64,000 nt of DNA. Origin: an uncultured Bacteroidales bacterium. Its GTDB lineage: Bacteria > Bacteroidota > Bacteroidia > Bacteroidales > UBA7960. Below are positions 58,410 through 64,000 of the stretch, in pieces. The notes below the pieces were generated by a model that made no database searches, was not told the DNA's origin, and saw nothing but the letters and a program-made list of their open reading frames with translations. Position 1 is the first letter of the stretch, and each line of letters opens with the position of its first letter. The translations under genes and the position numbers were made by a program. The stretch covers positions 3,709 to 67,708 of the forward strand of contig CAZTPA010000007.1 of NCBI GenBank assembly GCA_964614525.1. Reading direction: 5' to 3'.

Positions 58410-59075
58410 TCACGTATCGGGAAGAATCAACTTATGTTTTATGGCATATTTTACCAGATCCACAGTGCTTGTAAATCCCAGTTTTTTGGAAAGATTAGTT
58501 TTATGTGTTTCAACCGTACGAATGCTAATAAAGAGCTGATCTGCTATTTTTGCATTGCTGAGGCCTTCGGCAACCTTTGTGAGAATTTCTTTTTCGCGAG
58601 TTGTAATGATTGCATCTTCTGTTTCTGTTTGATTTAAGCCTAATTTCGTGCGTCGCATCATTTCATTAAACAGTTTTTCAGAAATAGTTTTGCTAAAATA
58701 ATCTTTTCCATGGTAAACAGAGTTGATGGCTTCTCTGAGCTCCTGATGGTTGGTGTTTTTTGGCAAGTATCCGCTTGCACCGGCTTTTACAGAATTAATT
58801 ACAAAATCTTCATTTGTGTGCATGGAAAGCATTAAGAATTTAATTTCAGGGAAATCTGGTTTTAACATTCTGACCGTTTCTATACCGGAAATATTCGGCA
58901 GGTTGATGTCCATCAAAATCACATCTACATTTTGTTTAGAAATAATGTTTTTTAATGTGTGAAAATTTTCGGCTTCACCAATAACTTCAATCTCAGGAGA
59001 TTTTAATAGTAAGGATTTTATTCCGTCTCTGACCAATTCGTGGTCATCAACTATTATGATACGGATTTTATTCAT
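58410..59075 (-). CDS. Two-component response regulator, NarL/FixJ (LuxR-type HTH) family
   Basis: Receiver domain (IIIVDDHELV, DVILMDINLP) and a C-terminal LuxR HTH (LTTREKEILTKVAEGLSNAKIADQLFISIRTVETHKTNL). Confidence 0.9.
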   Translation of the reverse strand: MNKIRIIIVDDHELVRDGIKSLLLKSPEIEVIGEAENFHTLKNIISKQNVDVILMDINLPNISGIETVRMLKPDFPEIKFLMLSMHTNEDFVINSVKAGASGYLPKNTNHQELREAINSVYHGKDYFSKTISEKLFNEMMRRTKLGLNQTETEDAIITTREKEILTKVAEGLSNAKIADQLFISIRTVETHKTNLSKKLGFTSTVDLVKYAIKHKLILPDT

Positions 59076-60804
59076 TTGTTTTATGATATAGTGGTAAACG
59101 GATAATAAGTTGAGTTCCTGCCTGTTTTTGAGATTTTACATGAATCTCACCTCCCAGAATATTTGCTCTGTCTTCAATGTTTTTTAAGCCGTGCTGTTGA
59201 TTGCAGCTAATCGGTTCATCAGATATGCCTTTGCCGTCATCTTTAATTAAAATGATAAGCTTATCATCTATTATTTGGAAGATAATCTCAGCATTTTTTG
59301 CTGCTGCATGTTTAATAATGTTGTGTATTCCTTCCTGGACAATTCTGTATATATAAGTTTGAAACTTTCTGCTCATCTGAGATGGAAGTGCCTTGGTATC
59401 TAAATGAATTATTAACTTACTAACGGATTCTGCTGTTTTGCAAAGCCTTTCTAGTGCAGTAATCAACCCAAACTCATCCAGTTCTGCAGGTTTTAAATCG
59501 TTTGATAATCTGCGTGTTTCTTCAATGGTTTTATCGATTAATTCAAGTAATATGTTACTGGCATTTTCATCAGTTTCTGACAGATATTTCAGTTTAAGAG
59601 CAATGAGCATTTGTCCCAGGCTGTCGTGGAGTTCTCGTGATAGTCTTTGTCGTTCTTTTTCTTGTCCGTCAATCATGGACCGAAGAGAACGCATTTTGGA
59701 TAATCGGAGGTTTTGTGTTTGCTCATGTATTACTTTAGCCATTTCGTTAAATTGCTTGGCTAAATCGCTGATTTCATCATTACTTTTAACTTCAATAATT
59801 TTCGGCAAACCACCTTCACTAAGTATTTTAGATGCATTGCTAAGGGCAATAATTGGACGGCTGAGCCATCGTGATAAAAACCATGCAAATACAAATAATA
59901 GGCTGGCAACCATTACAGCAAGAAAAAGAAATTTATTTCTTAGGTCGTAAATTGGAATCATAGCTTCGCTGAAGTCAATCTCTGCCAAAATTGCCCAATT
60001 CAAATTTGCTGTTTTAAGAGGAGCATAGGAGCTGATAACATCAATGCCGCGATAATCCGGAAAAATTTTTGTTCCGGTTTGTCCAGAAAGACCTTTAGTT
60101 ACACCGGCAGTCTTAACCGAAATTTTCATAATAGCTTCTTGTTGAAATCGTGATGTACTGCGCATTAAGCTGTCACATCCTACAAGATAGGCTTCCCCCG
60201 AATTTCCTAATCCATTGTGTGGATTGTTTTCATACATTATCTCATTAATAAAATCTTGAGGTATATCAATTGCAATGATACCGATAATAGAATCCTCTGA
60301 AATTACCGGACTAAGCATGTGGAATGAGTAAGTGTTGTCAGGATTTTTTGTGTAATCAATGAGTTGTATATTATGAAGTGTTTGTGAGTTTTTGGGTAGC
60401 CATTCGGGTATTTCTTCTGTATTTTGTATTGCCTTAAGACCCTGATGATTGATGTGAATACATTGCGCTGAGCTAACTGGAATTAAATATAGGCTGCTAA
60501 TGTAATTGTTGTATAAAAAAACGGGGAGCAATTTTGCCAAATCGGATTGACGGCCTTTTTCAAAATATTTTCTGGTTTGAGGTAAGTCTGTTATGTGAGA
60601 TATTTCTCGTTTGCGGTCTGAAAAAAAGCTTTCCAATCTGTTTTGTTTTTCGGTTCTTACCGATATAAGTTGATCATAAGTGCGTTCCAGCATAGCTTTT
60701 CTGGACGCGTGATAGGCGTATGTTCCAAGTATGATTGTAGCAAGACTGCCCGTCAAAATTAATTGCAGGGTAATTTTATGTGCGATGGAAAAAAAATTTT
60801 GCAT
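59068..60804 (-). CDS. Sensor histidine kinase: extracytoplasmic Cache-like domain, HAMP, HisKA_3, HATPase_c
   Basis: Two TM helices flank a sensor domain of ~270 aa. HAMP (RPIIALSNASKIL...DEISDLAKQFNEM), H-box RLSRELHDSLGQ, and ATPase N and G boxes (HNIIKHAAA, DDGKGI). 8-nt overlap with the regulator gene. Confidence 0.85.
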   Translation of the reverse strand: MQNFFSIAHKITLQLILTGSLATIILGTYAYHASRKAMLERTYDQLISVRTEKQNRLESFFSDRKREISHITDLPQTRKYFEKGRQSDLAKLLPVFLYNNYISSLYLIPVSSAQCIHINHQGLKAIQNTEEIPEWLPKNSQTLHNIQLIDYTKNPDNTYSFHMLSPVISEDSIIGIIAIDIPQDFINEIMYENNPHNGLGNSGEAYLVGCDSLMRSTSRFQQEAIMKISVKTAGVTKGLSGQTGTKIFPDYRGIDVISSYAPLKTANLNWAILAEIDFSEAMIPIYDLRNKFLFLAVMVASLLFVFAWFLSRWLSRPIIALSNASKILSEGGLPKIIEVKSNDEISDLAKQFNEMAKVIHEQTQNLRLSKMRSLRSMIDGQEKERQRLSRELHDSLGQMLIALKLKYLSETDENASNILLELIDKTIEETRRLSNDLKPAELDEFGLITALERLCKTAESVSKLIIHLDTKALPSQMSRKFQTYIYRIVQEGIHNIIKHAAAKNAEIIFQIIDDKLIILIKDDGKGISDEPISCNQQHGLKNIEDRANILGGEIHVKSQKQAGTQLIIRLPLYHKTNE

Positions 60805-61044
60805 TGTGCAAATTTACATAAAAATCAATATGCTCAGAACATATGATCCGGCAGAAGCAGACTGCCTTATAACTTAATATTGTTTTGATATGCTTGCTTT
60901 ACATTTGAAATATTTCCTATTTTTGGTTGTGGTTTTGCTCTGTCGAAGCACTCAAATAGCATTAAAACTGTATTTTTAAAATGATAATAAAATTAAGTAA
61001 AAATTCATGCTCATTCTGCTCCTTCTCTTTAAAAACTAGCTAAA

Positions 61045-61632
61045 ATGAACACAAAAGCATTATTGTACCTGGGATTATTTGTTCCAATAATATTTTGGTC
61101 CACAACTTTTATATGTGGATTAATGATAGAAGATTACAATCATTTTAGATGCTTGGTAAGTGAACTGGGAGCAATAGGCACAAAATCACAATATCTTTTT
61201 ACTTTCGGATTAGTTTTAAGTGCCTTTCTGAATATCTTTTTTGTAATAGGCTTATGGAAGCATTGTAAAAAGCAAGGATTAAATATTATTCCAATATTAT
61301 TTCTGTCATTATATGCTTTTATAGCTGGACCGGCAATTTTTCCAATGCCTTTAGAACTACATGGAATTACAGGAATCCCTTTTCCATTTTTAATCTTATC
61401 TCCAGTTTTAGCTCTTTTCTTTTGGAGAAAGAAAGAGCATTTGTTAAAAATTAGAACAGTAGCAATAATTAGTTTCTTAATTATGATGTTAGGCTTTCTA
61501 ATCTTTATTCCAAATGTGTTAAATGAATATTTTGGATTGAAACAACGATTTTTGTATGCAGGCTGGACTGTATGGTCAGTATATGTGAGTTTTATATTTT
61601 TAGAATTGACAAATTTAGAGAAAGAATATTGA
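61045..61632 (+). CDS. Polytopic membrane protein, DUF998-like
   Basis: 195 aa and about 6 TM helices. N-terminal region with VSELGAIG. Confidence 0.45.
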   Translation: MNTKALLYLGLFVPIIFWSTTFICGLMIEDYNHFRCLVSELGAIGTKSQYLFTFGLVLSAFLNIFFVIGLWKHCKKQGLNIIPILFLSLYAFIAGPAIFPMPLELHGITGIPFPFLILSPVLALFFWRKKEHLLKIRTVAIISFLIMMLGFLIFIPNVLNEYFGLKQRFLYAGWTVWSVYVSFIFLELTNLEKEY

Positions 61633-62024
61633 ACAACAATTTCTAATAGAAAGGTCTCTGAGCGATTTGCAAGTCCTAGTAAGGAGTCACGACTAACTAT
61701 ATCTTTTTTACATTTATATGTTCTTGCTTGTACTTCAAGTACCAACCTAAATATAAAACCTGTAAGCAGTTTGATGTCCTATGTAGAAGTTTCATTTTCT
61801 TTAGGTCTTTGCAAGTCTTAAATGTTTTGTTTTTGCTCCGGGATAAATTGTAAATTCTAATATTTGATATTAGAGTTAATCTTAATCCCATAGCGCTAAT
61901 CATAACAAAATGTTTTAATATCAAATGACAAAAAAACCTTATTGAAGAATTAATAAAAAGTGCGTAACTTTATATGTACTCAATTCAGAAATCCTTAGTC
62001 TTAAGTTATTTTCTAAAGTAGAAC

Positions 62025-62489
62025 ATGAAATCTGACGACATGAAAAAATCAAAAAAAATCGGGATTATCATTTGCAATCGATACAAGGATTGCACCGGAG
62101 GAAAATGTTTTCGTTCAATGAAAAACAGGGAAGGAGCTTTTAGCATCTATGATAAGGGCGAGAGTTTAGAGATTGTCGGTTATACAACTTGTGGCGGATG
62201 TCCGGGAGGAAATATTGAATATGCGCCGGAAGAAATGATTAAAAACGGAGCCGAAGCCATACATCTGGCAACCGGGCTGGTTGTGGGTTATCCTCCATGT
62301 ACTTATACCTCTTATTTTAAAAAATTTATTGAAGAAAAATTTAAAATACCTGTTGTGGTGGGAACACACCCAATTCCCCAAAAATATTCGCTGGTACACG
62401 AAAGTTTAGGGACATGGGAAACCGACGAATGGAAAGATAATATTGCACCCACAATGGCAGATGAAAAAACTAGTCTGGCATACAATTAA
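62025..62489 (+). CDS. CGGC domain-containing protein
   Basis: GYTTCGGCPGG motif plus upstream cysteines (ICNRYKDCTGGKC). Confidence 0.65.
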   Translation: MKSDDMKKSKKIGIIICNRYKDCTGGKCFRSMKNREGAFSIYDKGESLEIVGYTTCGGCPGGNIEYAPEEMIKNGAEAIHLATGLVVGYPPCTYTSYFKKFIEEKFKIPVVVGTHPIPQKYSLVHESLGTWETDEWKDNIAPTMADEKTSLAYN

Positions 62490-62675
62490 AGATTTATAAA
62501 CATCTTTTTGATCCCTTGCATTATTGCATTTTTGGGATGTAGCATAGACCAGATTTGATTCTCAAAAATTTGACCTCTGAATAGTGTGTTGTGAGCTTGG
62601 TAAAATATTAAATTTACTGGTCTTACAAAAGGATTTTGATATTAAGTTTCGTTATAAAAAAAGCACAAAAAGAAT

Positions 62676-63704
62676 ATGGAAGAAATATATAAAATATTTT
62701 TAAAATCCATAATGATATCCGGTTTTGTGTTTATTATGATGGTAGTGATTGAATATATTAACGTTCAGTCAAAAGGTTTATGGCAAAAGCATCTTAGCGG
62801 AAAGAAATGGAAACAGTATATCATTGCAGGCCTGTTGGGTGCATTGCCGGGTTGCTTGGGTGCTTTTACGATTGTTGCCTTGTTTTCGCACCAAATGGTT
62901 TCGTTTGGAGTTGTGGTTACCACCATGATTGCCACCAGTGGTGACGAAGCTTTTGTAATGTTTGCAATGTTTCCCAAACAGGCAATAATTCTTACTGTTA
63001 TCCTTTTCGTTGTTGGAATTCTGGCAGGATATATTACCGACAAATTGTATCATGCTAAGGGCATTCTTAAGGAAATTTCCGGACAGAAGCTGGTTCTGCA
63101 TGAAGAACAGGAATGCAAATGCTTTCAGAAAGATAAATTTTGGTCTCAGGTGTTTCATCCTTCCTTATATCGATTATCGTTAGCTATAGGTATAATTTCG
63201 TTGATTGTTGGATTGGCAACAGGACTATTATCCGGAAAAGCGGATTTGTGGATTAAAATTACACTGATGCTTTCCTTTGTTTTTGCTTTTTTTATAGTTA
63301 TTAGTGTACCTGATCATTTTATAAAAAAACACATCTGGGATCATATTGTTAAGGTTCATTTGCCACGAATTTTTTTATGGGTATTTGTTGTTTTATTGAT
63401 AATGCACTTTTTAACTTTACACCTAAATGTTGAAGACTGGATTTCTAATAATATGTTTATTGTACTGATAATTGCTGTTTTATTGGGTATTATTCCCGAA
63501 TCGGGTCCTCATTTGGTTTTTGTAACTCTTTTTGCAGCCGGTAGTATTCCCTTCAGTATTCTTATAGCTAGTTCTATTTCACAGGATGGACATGGAATGT
63601 TGCCCATGCTCGCAGAATCAAAGAAAAGTTTCATAGCTGTTAAAATTATCAATATGATTTACGCTTTTATAGTTGGAGGAATCGGTTTGTTTTTTGGATT
63701 ATAA
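62676..63704 (+). CDS. Polytopic membrane protein, ArsP_2 / DUF2899-like putative metal(loid) exporter
   Basis: About 10 TM helices. LGALPGCLGAF, ATSGDEAF and IPESGPHLVF motifs recalled from that family. Confidence 0.5.
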   Translation: MEEIYKIFLKSIMISGFVFIMMVVIEYINVQSKGLWQKHLSGKKWKQYIIAGLLGALPGCLGAFTIVALFSHQMVSFGVVVTTMIATSGDEAFVMFAMFPKQAIILTVILFVVGILAGYITDKLYHAKGILKEISGQKLVLHEEQECKCFQKDKFWSQVFHPSLYRLSLAIGIISLIVGLATGLLSGKADLWIKITLMLSFVFAFFIVISVPDHFIKKHIWDHIVKVHLPRIFLWVFVVLLIMHFLTLHLNVEDWISNNMFIVLIIAVLLGIIPESGPHLVFVTLFAAGSIPFSILIASSISQDGHGMLPMLAESKKSFIAVKIINMIYAFIVGGIGLFFGL

Positions 63705-64000
63705 AAAATTAAAAACAATCTTTCTCCCTTTATAAAAAGCATAATTTTTTACACATATCGGGTTCGCCCTATAATTTGGGAATCTCTTTTATAAGTAACT
63801 TTAAAGAAAGAACTTTATTTATTTCCACAAGAATAATCCCACCTGATTAAAATTTGCTCATAGGCAATTTTACCGGAAATAGCGATACAAAGCTCGAAGA
63901 TTCGTAAAAGTATCTATCCTTTTGCATAAATTAATGAGTTTATGAAAAATATTTCGACTTTTTGTTTTAGAAATAAAATTTAAGATTTAAACAAATATGT

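Noticed and set aside
59438-59950. 170-aa plus-strand ORF inside the histidine kinase gene
   Set aside because: It is antisense to the HAMP/HisKA_3 region and Ser/Leu/Arg-rich, so it is a shadow ORF.
61140-61745. 201-aa minus-strand ORF overlapping the DUF998-like gene
   Set aside because: The plus-strand product is a coherent 6-TM membrane protein. The minus-strand translation is a Lys/Ile/Asn-rich antisense artefact.
62765-63158. Minus-strand ORFs (92 and 126 aa) inside the ArsP_2-like gene
   Set aside because: They are antisense to a coherent polytopic membrane protein and have no motifs.
63830-63900. atttccacaagaataatcccacctgattaaaatttgctc, resembling the ttccaca...TAnnTTTG part of the repeat
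   Set aside because: Similarity is limited to the two short boxes, and the downstream conserved blocks are absent. It may be only a promoter of similar architecture.
1-64000. Search for rRNA, tRNA, CRISPR arrays, prophage or integrative-element genes
   Set aside because: All intergenic gaps larger than 150 bp were read by eye. No T-loop-like GGTTCGAATCC-type motifs, no regularly spaced direct repeats, and no integrase, transposase or phage-structural ORFs were seen.

Overview
This is an AT-rich chromosomal segment that I assign to a Bacteroidota genome. The evidence is a porP-gldK-gldL-gldM-gldN type IX secretion (T9SS) core operon, two cargo proteins with T9SS C-terminal sorting domains, TAnnTTTG-type promoter boxes, and the ileS-dksA-lspA and ftsX-DUF3098-uppP-truB gene orders. 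A class I Fe-S fumarase suggests an anaerobic or facultative lifestyle.

Most of the window is housekeeping:
- tRNA modification and charging: tilS, ileS, truB, queA, miaB
- DNA: dprA, topA
- Envelope: dsbD, lspA, ftsX, uppP, a lolE-like permease
- Metabolism: cdd, ispD, fumarase
- Ion and metal handling: a frameshifted NhaP2-type antiporter, a CDF transporter, a FetAB-like ABC pair, crcB plus DUF190, amt with a TorF-like porin, an ArsP_2-like permease

I found no rRNA, tRNA, CRISPR array, transposase, integrase or phage genes.

Observations worth a second look:
1. A family of at least four (possibly five) direct copies of a roughly 100-200 bp intergenic repeat that carries a promoter-like TAnnTTTG box. 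Two copies bracket a lone DUF4143 AAA ATPase gene. Two more bracket an ECF sigma / anti-sigma / secreted-protein cassette. The last copy faces only a terminator and could encode a small RNA.
2. Two tandem gingipain-like (C25) T9SS cargo genes. Their protease domains are divergent, but they share a well-conserved module of about 187 aa that I cannot assign to a family.
3. An arginase-fold protein with substituted metal-ligand motifs, sitting between topA and the T9SS operon.
4. A 783-aa secreted protein with a small C-terminal barrel-like region.
5. A Cache/HAMP histidine kinase and NarL-type regulator directly upstream of porin-amt, with no PII gene in the window.
6. A frameshift in the antiporter gene at a T6 homopolymer.

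All functional calls come from reading motifs in the supplied translations. No database search was run.
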